Below are positions 1 to 6,874 of a stretch of DNA of 9,984 bases, piece after piece. This stretch comes from an uncultured archaeon. GTDB lineage: Archaea > Iainarchaeota > Iainarchaeia > Iainarchaeales > CSSED10-239. The translations under genes and the position numbers were made by a program. Every line of letters begins with the position of its first letter. Position 1 is the stretch's first letter. The notes under the pieces are model-generated. The model was not told where the DNA came from. It searched no databases and saw nothing but the letters and a program-made list of their open reading frames with translations. The stretch lies in contig CAYXWT010000027.1 in assembly GCA_964468895.1 (NCBI GenBank), positions 1-9,984 of the forward strand, given 5' to 3'.

Positions 1-392
1 CCTTTAACCATCAAATATAATTTGCTATAAATTTTGCCATTTAATTTATCTTCATCTTTTAATTCTTTAAGTTTTTTTCTAAGACCTCTAACTCTTAAAT
101 TATAAACACTTACTTTATTTCTAGCTTTAAGAGTACCTTTTCGTTTACCTTGTCCTCTTTTTCTTTTAAGCTTTTTCTTTGCAAGTAAAATTCTAGCTCT
201 TCCTCTAGAGTGTCCAGTATTAACGTCTTTGGAAATAACTTTCTTTTTAATAATTTCTCTAACATCATTTCTAGTTATAGCTTTATCCACAAATTCTTTA
301 TTCTCAGAATATTCTTTAGAACGAATTTTTAATTTGTGTTTACTTTTCTTAAGTATTTTTCCTGCCATATCTTTTAATTTATCTAATTTCAT
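1..392 (-). CDS. rpl19e: 50S ribosomal protein L19e (eL19), partial; C-terminus lies beyond the window start
   Basis: Hand translation from the ATG at 392-390 gives MKLDKLKDMAGKILKKSKHKLKIRSKEY...NTGHSRGRARILLAKKKLKRKRGQGKRKGTLKARN...RVRGLRKKLKELKDEDKL. This is the basic eL19 pattern. It sits in the expected position after L32e. A GGTGT SD-like element lies at 399-403 (minus strand). The frame stays open to position 1. Confidence 0.9.
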   Translation of the reverse strand, partial: MKLDKLKDMAGKILKKSKHKLKIRSKEYSENKEFVDKAITRNDVREIIKKKVISKDVNTGHSRGRARILLAKKKLKRKRGQGKRKGTLKARNKVSVYNLRVRGLRKKLKELKDEDKLNGKIYSKLYLMVK

Positions 393-424
393 TTAAATAC
401 ACCTTTAATAAAAAAATACAAAAA

Positions 425-763
425 TTAATTTAATATTTTAAGATTTTTTTCAATAATAATTTTTCTAAGTTCAATTTTCTTCTTTTCACCTAATCTGGCA
501 CTAAATCTTACAGCTATATTTTTGTCTGTAATTTTATCTAAATCAGTTTTGGAACAAATTAATATTTCTTTTAATCCACAAGGATGTAGATCTTTTTTAG
601 TATTATCGTGACCATAACCAATTTTTGGGATAGGTCCTCTTTTTTGAGCTATACTACTATCTATTCCTCTAGGTCTTCTCCACTTATTAACATCTCTTCT
701 TGATTTTCTTCTTCTTGTAGTTAATGGAAAATGTCCTCTAAAGTTTGGGGTATCATTACTCAT
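425..763 (-). CDS. rpl32e: 50S ribosomal protein L32e (eL32)
   Basis: 112-aa ORF with eL32-like motifs (WRRPRGIDSS..., IGYGHDN, HPCGLKEILI). It lies between L6 and L19e as in archaeal spc-type clusters. ATG start, with GTGA at 770-773 upstream. Confidence 0.9.
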   Translation of the reverse strand: MSNDTPNFRGHFPLTTRRRKSRRDVNKWRRPRGIDSSIAQKRGPIPKIGYGHDNTKKDLHPCGLKEILICSKTDLDKITDKNIAVRFSARLGEKKKIELRKIIIEKNLKILN

Positions 764-783
764 AATAATTCACATTTTTAAAT

Positions 784-1350
784 TTATTTTTTAGTATGTG
801 GCTTTTCTATTATATAACAACCATCATCAAAAATTCTATAATCTTTTTTAGTTACTCTTGTAACTTTTTCAATATTACCAGCAGTTTGACCTGTAGAATA
901 TTTACTATGTCCTTTAACAATAATATCTTTACCTTTAACTTCTATTTTACAGCCAGGTAATATTTTTGTTTTTCTAGGTTTCTTTTCTCCTAAAAAATTA
1001 TTAATAATAACAAAACTACCTTCAATTTTTACAGTTATAGGAAAGTGAGAATAAACAATTTTTAATTTGTATATAAATTCTTCATTAAGTCCTTTAATAG
1101 CATTAATTATTAATTTTTCAGTAGTATTTAAAACAGCTTTTGTATTTTTTCTTGAATTTTTAGGTATTAATTCAACAACATTATTTTCAAGTTTAGTATT
1201 TAAATACACTGTATTAAAAATAACTTCATTAAATATATTATTTTTTGTGAATACAAATTTTTTCCCAATAACTTCACATTTAATATCCTTAGGAACTTCG
1301 ATTTTAAGATTTTTAATTTCTTTTTTTCTAAGTTTATATTCTTCACTCAT
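784..1350 (-). CDS. rpl6: 50S ribosomal protein L6 (uL6)
   Basis: The ORF shows the two-repeat uL6 pattern (VPKDIKCEV..., HFPITVKIEG..., NFLGEKKPRK, KGHSKYSTGQTAGNIE, RIFDDGCYI) and sits between S8 and L32e. I place the start at the ATG at 1350-1348. The track start at 1356 is a TTG two codons upstream. Confidence 0.9.
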   Translation of the reverse strand: MSEEYKLRKKEIKNLKIEVPKDIKCEVIGKKFVFTKNNIFNEVIFNTVYLNTKLENNVVELIPKNSRKNTKAVLNTTEKLIINAIKGLNEEFIYKLKIVYSHFPITVKIEGSFVIINNFLGEKKPRKTKILPGCKIEVKGKDIIVKGHSKYSTGQTAGNIEKVTRVTKKDYRIFDDGCYIIEKPHTKK

Positions 1351-1380
1351 AATCAATCAATTTTAAATTTTATAAACAAA

Positions 1381-1770
1381 CTAATAAATGTATCCAATTA
1401 ATCTTCCACCAAGGCCATTAATTTTTGCATCTCTATGAGTCATAAGTCCTTTGGTAGTACTTATCATTAAGATACCTACATCTCTTGAAATTAAAAAAGA
1501 CTTTTCAAACTTTTCAAAATCATTCTTACTTATAGCATGTCTTGGTTTTATAGCTTTACATTTATTGATAGAACCACTTAAATAAACTACAATTTGATCA
1601 ACAGGTCTTCTATTTAAAACCTTATAATCTTTAATATAGTTTTCTTTTTTCAATAAATCTACTACTTTTTCAAGAAACTTAGAATGATTTAATACACATT
1701 TATGCTTAGCCGCATTTTCTGCATTATTTAAATTATTTAATGCATTCGCAATTGGATCATTTAAACTCAT
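1381..1770 (-). CDS. rps8: 30S ribosomal protein S8 (uS8)
   Basis: The N-terminus MSLNDPIANALNNLNNAE matches the uS8 N-terminal signature, and the C-terminus is GGRLIGYIY. I place the start at the ATG at 1770-1768. The track start (1779) is the GTG inside the GGTGA SD-like element at 1776-1780. Confidence 0.93.
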   Translation of the reverse strand: MSLNDPIANALNNLNNAENAAKHKCVLNHSKFLEKVVDLLKKENYIKDYKVLNRRPVDQIVVYLSGSINKCKAIKPRHAISKNDFEKFEKSFLISRDVGILMISTTKGLMTHRDAKINGLGGRLIGYIY

Positions 1771-1802
1771 ATTATTCACCTAATAATTATTAATTTCACA
1801 AT

Positions 1803-1976
1803 TTAATCTAATTTTTTAAAGCCTAGATCTTTAGCATAATCTTTAAAACATCTTCTACAAATATAAAGATTATATTTTCTAATAAGTCCTCTTTGAGTAC
1901 CACAAAATCTACACTTTCTACTTCTTTTTAATATTTTATCAGTTTTACCTAATTTTTTATATTCTTCTGTATTCAT
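1803..1976 (-). CDS. rps14: 30S ribosomal protein S14 (uS14), zinc-binding short type, 57 aa
   Basis: Absent from the ORF track because it is short. Hand translation gives [57 protein letters not shown]. It carries the CxxC...CxxC zinc motif and the RKYxLxxCRxCFR-like uS14 signature. It sits in the canonical slot between L5 and S8. Its ATG overlaps the L5 TGA stop (ATGA at 1973-1976). Confidence 0.92.
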   Translation of the reverse strand: MNTEEYKKLGKTDKILKRSRKCRFCGTQRGLIRKYNLYICRRCFKDYAKDLGFKKLD

Positions 1977-2497
1977 TCAACCACTGCCTTTAATCTTTCT
2001 TTAACAAAATTAATTGCATCATCTTTACTAACAACATGGTTTTTACCAATTTTTGCTTTATTAAATTTCCTTAGTTTAACCCTATAACCTTTTCTTTTAA
2101 GATTAACACAAACATCAAAACCTCTAATTCCAAGATTTGGATCATACTTACTTCCAGGTAAATCTAAATATTCTTTAACACCATATGAAAAATTACCTTC
2201 TTTTGTAAAACATTTTTTAGAAAGTTTATTTTCTTTAGCTTTAAGAGTCCATATTAAAAATTCTTCAGCAGCTTTACCTCTAATAGTTGTTTTACAACCA
2301 ATAGGTAAACCAGGTCTAATACCCCAAGTTGGCAACTTTACTTTACAAATAGTTTTCACATTATTTGTTTTAGTTAGCATTTTAAGAATTTGTCTAGCTT
2401 TATCAAGTTCTTCTCCACCTTCACCAACACCAATGTTTACAGTAACTTTATCTATTAAGACTTCTCTCATCTTATTATTTTCTTTTGTGCCTTCCAT
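1973..2497 (-). CDS. rpl5: 50S ribosomal protein L5 (uL5)
   Basis: 174-aa ORF with uL5 motifs ([50 protein letters not shown]). It lies between S4e and S14. ATG start. Confidence 0.94.
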   Translation of the reverse strand: MEGTKENNKMREVLIDKVTVNIGVGEGGEELDKARQILKMLTKTNNVKTICKVKLPTWGIRPGLPIGCKTTIRGKAAEEFLIWTLKAKENKLSKKCFTKEGNFSYGVKEYLDLPGSKYDPNLGIRGFDVCVNLKRKGYRVKLRKFNKAKIGKNHVVSKDDAINFVKERLKAVVE

Positions 2498-2522
2498 AAT
2501 TTACCACTTAAAAATAAAATAA

Positions 2523-3215
2523 TTAATTAACTACAAGAACATTTTTCTCTGTAGTTTCAAATTCTTCTCCACTAGTTGATTTTAATTTAATTAAGGATTG
2601 TTTATTTATTGTTGAACTGCTCACATTAGTAATTTTACCTTTAGTACCAATATGTTTTCCACCAATTATTAAAACATCTCTGCCTTTTTCTAAAGGATAA
2701 TATTCTTTAATAGTATTTTCTTCAATATCTAATTTTACAGAAGCTTTTGTTTTATAAGCATTATTAGTAGTAGTTATTATTCTACCATCATTTGAAGTCA
2801 ATTGAATATTATTATCTTTAATAATTTTTTTAAAAATAATTTTACAAATTTTATATTTTGCTTCTTTGTCAGTAATTTCAACTAAATTAATTAAAGAATT
2901 TTCTTGAATAACTGCTTTATATATTTTTTTAATTCTAGGAATTTTTATAATATCATAAAGTCCTACTGGAAGATTTATTGATTTTACCATTTTATTATCA
3001 ACTAAAACTTCTTTATTATTAATAATATACATTAATTCTTTTTTGTTGTCTGCTAAATGCAAAATATCTCTCAAAACATAACCAATAGAAACTGTGTTTT
3101 TTTTATTATGTTTACCACAATTAATACTAATTACAAATTTTTTAGATTTATTGAATTTATGAACAAACCCAACATTATTACTTTTTAAACATTTAGTTTC
3201 TCCTTTATTTGCCAT
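2523..3215 (-). CDS. rps4e: 30S ribosomal protein S4e (eS4)
   Basis: 230-aa ORF. The N-terminal segment (MANKGETKCLKS...SIGYVLRDIL) is diverged but recognisable. It has an S4-like central region and a KOW-like C-terminal part (DVLIIGGKHIGTKGKITNV). It lies between L24 and L5. GGTGA at 3222-3226 lies upstream, inside the L24 3' end. Confidence 0.88.
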   Translation of the reverse strand: MANKGETKCLKSNNVGFVHKFNKSKKFVISINCGKHNKKNTVSIGYVLRDILHLADNKKELMYIINNKEVLVDNKMVKSINLPVGLYDIIKIPRIKKIYKAVIQENSLINLVEITDKEAKYKICKIIFKKIIKDNNIQLTSNDGRIITTTNNAYKTKASVKLDIEENTIKEYYPLEKGRDVLIIGGKHIGTKGKITNVSSSTINKQSLIKLKSTSGEEFETTEKNVLVVN

Positions 3216-3216
3216 A

Positions 3217-3591
3217 CTATTTCACCACGTTTGTAGACTCTTTAGTTTTTTTAATACGTCTACTATCTTCTAAAAATAAATTTGTTATGATTAAATTAGA
3301 TGCTACAAAAGGAATTAATTTTTCTTGGCCTCTTGTGTTTTTATTAACTATATCTTTAATAAAAACTTTCACATTATCATAATCTACTTTTTCAACAATT
3401 CCGCTTTTACCTTTATGATTGCCTCTAAGTATTTTAACAGTATCTCCTTTTCTAACAGTTATTTTCTTTTTACCAACTTTTTCAAATAACTTTTTATCAA
3501 TAGGAGCTACTAATAATTTCCTTTTAGCATGTAAAGGTGCTTTATAATTTCTTTTTCTTTGTTTAGATGGATTTTTAGTTTTTGTATTCAT
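3217..3591 (-). CDS. rpl24: 50S ribosomal protein L24 (uL24)
   Basis: KOW motif VRKGDTVKILRGNHKGKSGIVEKVD and a basic N-terminus. It lies after L14. I place the start at the ATG at 3591-3589. The track start at 3600 is the GTG of the AGGTGAT element (3596-3602), which overlaps the L14 stop codon. Confidence 0.92.
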   Translation of the reverse strand: MNTKTKNPSKQRKRNYKAPLHAKRKLLVAPIDKKLFEKVGKKKITVRKGDTVKILRGNHKGKSGIVEKVDYDNVKVFIKDIVNKNTRGQEKLIPFVASNLIITNLFLEDSRRIKKTKESTNVVK

Positions 3592-3600
3592 TAAAATCAC

Positions 3601-3999
3601 CTATATAACAGAACTAGCTAGTCCTGCAATTTTTGGATACCTTTCACCAACTTCTTTAGCAACGCAACCTTTAATTTCAGATCCTTTAGGGAATCCTTTA
3701 GCATCGGTTAAAACAACAGCATTATCTTCAAAACAGATTCTAAATCCATTTTTTCTTCTATAAGGCATTCTTACTCTTACTACAACTGCTTTTTCAACTT
3801 TCTTTTTAATAGTTGGTTTACCTTTTTTTACAACAACATTAACTAATGATGCAATTCCTGCTGTTGGTGTTTGTCTATATCTTGTTTTTAATTTAAATAC
3901 AGAAATAATTTCAACTTCTTTAGCACCACTATTATCAGAACAAAAACATCTTGCTCTTAATGGTAACCCTCTAGTAACATTTGCACTTATTTGTTTCAT
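3601..3999 (-). CDS. rpl14: 50S ribosomal protein L14 (uL14)
   Basis: 132-aa ORF with strongly conserved uL14 sequence (CSDNSGAKEVEIISV, GIASLVNVVVKKGKP, AVVVRVRMPYRR, FEDNAVVL). Its ATG overlaps the S17 TGA stop (ATGA at 3996-3999). Confidence 0.96.
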   Translation of the reverse strand: MKQISANVTRGLPLRARCFCSDNSGAKEVEIISVFKLKTRYRQTPTAGIASLVNVVVKKGKPTIKKKVEKAVVVRVRMPYRRKNGFRICFEDNAVVLTDAKGFPKGSEIKGCVAKEVGERYPKIAGLASSVI

Positions 4000-4379
4000 A
4001 AATCAACACCATTTACAGTTTCTAAAGTTTCTTTATTTTCTGCAACTTTTTTAATTTCAGTTTTAGATTCTTCTTTAACTTCTTTTTTAGAATCTAATTT
4101 TTTCATAACAACAAAAGATTTAGTTTTACTAATTTTTCTACATTCTCCACAAAGAACTTTATCTCCAAGGTTAATATCTAAACATTCTGGACAATGTACT
4201 GAATATTTGTGTCTTAATTTAATATATCTTTCATATTTTGGTATAAATCTACGCTCTTCTATTAAAACTTGCACAGTCTTTAAATTTTTCTTTTTAACTA
4301 CTACACCTTCAATCAATTTACCTCTTACCTTAATAGAGCCATGGAAAGGGCAGTTTACATCAACACATTTTTTCATCAT
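3996..4379 (-). CDS. rps17: 30S ribosomal protein S17 (uS17) with K/E-rich C-terminal tail
   Basis: Archaeal uS17 signatures are present: NCPFHGSIKVRG, GVVVKKKNLKTVQV, YERYIKLRHKYSVH, CRKISKTKSFVV. I place the start at the ATG at 4379-4377. The track start at 4388 is the GTG of a GTGA SD-like element. Confidence 0.92.
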   Translation of the reverse strand: MMKKCVDVNCPFHGSIKVRGKLIEGVVVKKKNLKTVQVLIEERRFIPKYERYIKLRHKYSVHCPECLDINLGDKVLCGECRKISKTKSFVVMKKLDSKKEVKEESKTEIKKVAENKETLETVNGVDL

Positions 4380-4409
4380 AAATGTCACATATTTACTTTT
4401 TTAATATTT

Positions 4410-4598
4410 TTAAATTTCTTTTAAATCTAATATTTCTTGAACTTTAATTTTTATAATTTTATTATTTTTATTTCTAATATTTAAAATGTTCTTAGTTTGA
4501 AAAATAACAATTCCGCAACATCCTATTTTAGATGTATCAGAACAATTATTTATCACAACATTTTTTCCAATCAAATCAATATAGTTGATATTAAGCAT
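4410..4598 (-). CDS. rnp1: RNase P protein component 1 (Rpp29/Pop4 family), unusually short at 62 aa
   Basis: The sequence LIGKNVVINNCSDTSKIGCCGIVIFQTKNILNIRNKNNKIIKI fits the Rpp29 Sm-like core pattern (LIG-x-x-V-x-V...S...IG..G.VV.ET.NTL.I). It sits in the canonical slot between SUI1/L29 and S17. The ATG at 4598-4596 overlaps the SUI1 3' end by 8 nt. Confidence 0.75.
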   Translation of the reverse strand: MLNINYIDLIGKNVVINNCSDTSKIGCCGIVIFQTKNILNIRNKNNKIIKIKVQEILDLKEI

Positions 4599-4893
4599 CA
4601 ATCAATTCCTCAACATATCCTTTTTCAACTAATAATTTTTTAACTTTATCTTTTTGCTTGCCTTGAATCTCTATTATTAGATCTTTTATGGTGCCACCAC
4701 AAGCCAATTTTCTTTTTAAATATTTTAGTAATTCTTTACCTTGTTCTGCATTACCAAAACCTGTAACTATAGTCATAAATTTTTTAAATTTTTTTCGTTC
4801 AACTCTAATTTTAATTTGTTGTTTTTCTTTTGATCTCACATTACAAGTACAAATACTTTTTGGTAAATGACAAATTGGACAAATTTCTTCCAT
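4591..4893 (-). CDS. Translation initiation factor SUI1 / aIF1
   Basis: 100-aa ORF with an N-terminal Cys cluster (CPICHLPKSICTC). The SUI1 fold signature follows: KIRVERKKFKKFMTIVTGF, LKRKLACGGTIKD, IEIQGKQKDKVKKLLVEKGY. The same placement between L29 and the RNase P subunit is known from Methanocaldococcus-type clusters. Confidence 0.9.
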   Translation of the reverse strand: MEEICPICHLPKSICTCNVRSKEKQQIKIRVERKKFKKFMTIVTGFGNAEQGKELLKYLKRKLACGGTIKDLIIEIQGKQKDKVKKLLVEKGYVEELIDA

Positions 4894-4913
4894 AAATTAC
4901 TTCAACCCTCTTT

Positions 4914-5156
4914 TTATTTTTTTGAATTTTTAACAACATTAATTTTAAGTTCTTTTTTTACAAGTTTATTTTTCTGTGTTAGTAATCTAGCTATATTTTT
5001 TCTAAGTTCCTTTTTTTTAGCAGAATTAACAGTTTTAGTTTTAGAAACTAGCATACCTTTTTCTTTTGCTAATTTTAATTTTAATTCTTTAACAGTACTA
5101 TTAATTTCTTCTATAGAATTTAAAGAACTATAATCTATTTTTTCTTTTTTAACCAT
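4914..5156 (-). CDS. rpl29: 50S ribosomal protein L29 (uL29)
   Basis: Short helical K/E/L-rich protein (SIEEINSTVKELKLKLAKEKG...KKKELRKNIARLLTQKN) directly after S3. I place the start at the ATG at 5156-5154, preceded by GTGG at 5162-5165. The track start at 5183 is a TTG nine codons upstream and remains a possible alternative. Confidence 0.82.
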   Translation of the reverse strand: MVKKEKIDYSSLNSIEEINSTVKELKLKLAKEKGMLVSKTKTVNSAKKKELRKNIARLLTQKNKLVKKELKINVVKNSKK

Positions 5157-5196
5157 AAAAACCACAATTTCATTAAATTTCAAGTTCCATTTTTAT

Positions 5197-5952
5197 TTAT
5201 TCTATATTATTTACTACAACTTTTTTAATATCAGCAGATTTTGTTTCTGAAACAACATCTTTATTCTCTTTAGCTAAAGTATTTTCAAGTTCTTTATCAG
5301 CTTTATCTTTTTGTTCTTCAAGCATCTTTTCATTTACTTTAATTTTATAATCTTTAGCAATTTGAGCAACATCTATTTTATCACTAAAAATAGTACCTGG
5401 TTGTACAATTCTTAATCTAATACCAATAGTTCCAAGTCCTGGAAATGCAGTTTTCTTTTCAAAAGAAACTAAATTCTTTTGATCACCAGCTTTTTTAAGA
5501 TATCCAAAAGCATATCTACTTTTTCTTTTTCTTTGTCCTTTTCCAGCAGTATTACCCTTAGCAACTATTTCAGCACCAACAGCTCCTGCTTCTTTAATTT
5601 TTCTAAGTGCTTTATAAACTGTACTTTTCCAAGAAATACCTCTTGATATTTCATTAACAATTTCTTCAATTATTACTTTAGCATCTAAATTTCTATTTTG
5701 AATTTCAACAATTTCTATGTTTACTTTTTGAAAACCAAAATCTTTTTCCAAATCAACTGTTAAAGCTCTCACATTACAACCTTTTTTTCCAATTACAAAA
5801 CCTGGTTTTAATGCAGAAATCATAATTCTTGTAGAAAGTGGTCTTTTCATAATTTGAGAATCTATAAATCCAGCAGATTTCAATTTTTTTGATAAATACT
5901 TATTTAATGCGATTCTTTTAAGTTTATTTTTAATAAAATAATTTTCTTTCAA
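5197..5952 (-). CDS. rps3: 30S ribosomal protein S3 (uS3), TTG start, with charged C-terminal tail
   Basis: It has a KH domain (KPGFVIGKKGCNVRAL) and the uS3 C-terminal domain (GAVGAEIVAKGNTAGKGQRKRKSRYAFGY). The conserved N-terminus ENYFIKNKLKRIALNKYLSKKL is reachable only from the TTG at 5952-5950. An in-frame TAA lies 3 nt upstream. A GGAGG sits at 5961-5965. Confidence 0.92.
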   Translation of the reverse strand: MKENYFIKNKLKRIALNKYLSKKLKSAGFIDSQIMKRPLSTRIMISALKPGFVIGKKGCNVRALTVDLEKDFGFQKVNIEIVEIQNRNLDAKVIIEEIVNEISRGISWKSTVYKALRKIKEAGAVGAEIVAKGNTAGKGQRKRKSRYAFGYLKKAGDQKNLVSFEKKTAFPGLGTIGIRLRIVQPGTIFSDKIDVAQIAKDYKIKVNEKMLEEQKDKADKELENTLAKENKDVVSETKSADIKKVVVNNIE

Positions 5953-5955
5953 GTT

Positions 5956-6426
5956 TTATTCCTCCAAGACAATAACTTCTATATTTGTAGATTTGGATTC
6001 TCTCATCTTACCACCAATTCTTCCTAAAGGCTGTAAATTGGTTCTTGAAACACCTTTATTTGCAAACATATGAGTTATTCTTAACTTAGTAGTATCTAAA
6101 TCTTTATTTTCAGCATTAGCTTTAGCTTCTAAAAGCAATTCTTTAACTAATTTAGATGCTTTAATAGGCCATCTTCCACTAGGAGTTTTTCTTCTGTTTT
6201 CTCCTTTTCTATGAGCCACTTTTAAATTATATTTTTTTAAAGGTAAATACTCTGTTTTTTGTTCAATATTACCAGCAATTATAATTGCTTTATCTAAAGA
6301 CATACCTTTAAAGTAATTTGAAAATTCTACTGAATACTTAGTAGAAATTTTAGCATTACTTCTATAAGCTCTAGCAGTTCTTTCTTTATCAATTTTCTTT
6401 TGAAAATTATATTTATGATCTGACAT
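5956..6426 (-). CDS. rpl22: 50S ribosomal protein L22 (uL22)
   Basis: 156-aa ORF with archaeal uL22 features (ARAYRSNAKISTKYSVEFSNYFKGMSLDKA, AHRKGE, GRWPIKASKLVKELL, ITHMFANKG). It lies between S19 and S3. Confidence 0.92.
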   Translation of the reverse strand: MSDHKYNFQKKIDKERTARAYRSNAKISTKYSVEFSNYFKGMSLDKAIIIAGNIEQKTEYLPLKKYNLKVAHRKGENRRKTPSGRWPIKASKLVKELLLEAKANAENKDLDTTKLRITHMFANKGVSRTNLQPLGRIGGKMRESKSTNIEVIVLEE

Positions 6427-6445
6427 AAAACATCACTAATTTTAA

Positions 6446-6829
6446 TTATTTCCTTGTACTTATTGCATTACTAGATTTAGTAGCACCAATTCCTGCTTTA
6501 CCATGTCTAACTCTTGTTCTAGTAAAAGAAAATTCTCCAAGATAATGACCTAACATTTCCCTAGTAATTTCTACAGGTAAAAACTCCTTACCATTATAAA
6601 CAGATATAGTTTTATCAACCATATTTGGTATAACAATCAAATCTCTTCGATGAGTTCTTATATTTTTATTAGATTTTATATCTTTTTGTATTCTTTCATA
6701 AACTGGATCACTATGATTTCTTACAAGATGTCTTCTTGCTCTAGAATTTGCAATTTTTGCAAAATCTAGTAAAGACATTTTTTGTAATTCTTCAATAGTA
6801 CATCCACCATATCTAAATTCACTAATCAT
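6446..6829 (-). CDS. rps19: 30S ribosomal protein S19 (uS19)
   Basis: 127-aa ORF with strong uS19 motifs (IRTHRRDLIVIPNMV, VYNGKEFLPVEI, MLGHYLGEFSFTR, HGKAGIGATKSS). A GGTGT SD-like element lies at 6837-6841. Confidence 0.95.
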   Translation of the reverse strand: MISEFRYGGCTIEELQKMSLLDFAKIANSRARRHLVRNHSDPVYERIQKDIKSNKNIRTHRRDLIVIPNMVDKTISVYNGKEFLPVEITREMLGHYLGEFSFTRTRVRHGKAGIGATKSSNAISTRK

Positions 6830-6874
6830 TTTAAATACACCTTAAAACACATATATTAATTTATTATTACAATT

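Noticed and set aside
1067-1366. 99-aa plus-strand ORF
   Set aside because: It is entirely antisense to the conserved L6 gene. Its composition is low-complexity F/L/I/S-rich, typical of the reverse frame of A-rich coding DNA. It has no SD-like element and no recognisable motif.
3991-4404. 137-aa plus-strand ORF
   Set aside because: It is antisense to the whole S17 gene. It is an F/L/S/T-rich shadow ORF with no independent support.
4688-5133. Two plus-strand ORFs (60 aa and 88 aa)
   Set aside because: They are antisense to SUI1 and L29. They are phenylalanine/leucine/serine-rich mirror frames of Lys/Glu-rich genes and are not credible coding sequences.
5157-5183. TTG at 5183 as the L29 start (track model, 89 aa)
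   Set aside because: The downstream ATG at 5156 has a GTGG SD-like element at proper spacing and gives a length closer to typical uL29. The extra nine residues (MKFNEIVVF) have no counterpart that I recognise. It is kept only as an alternative.
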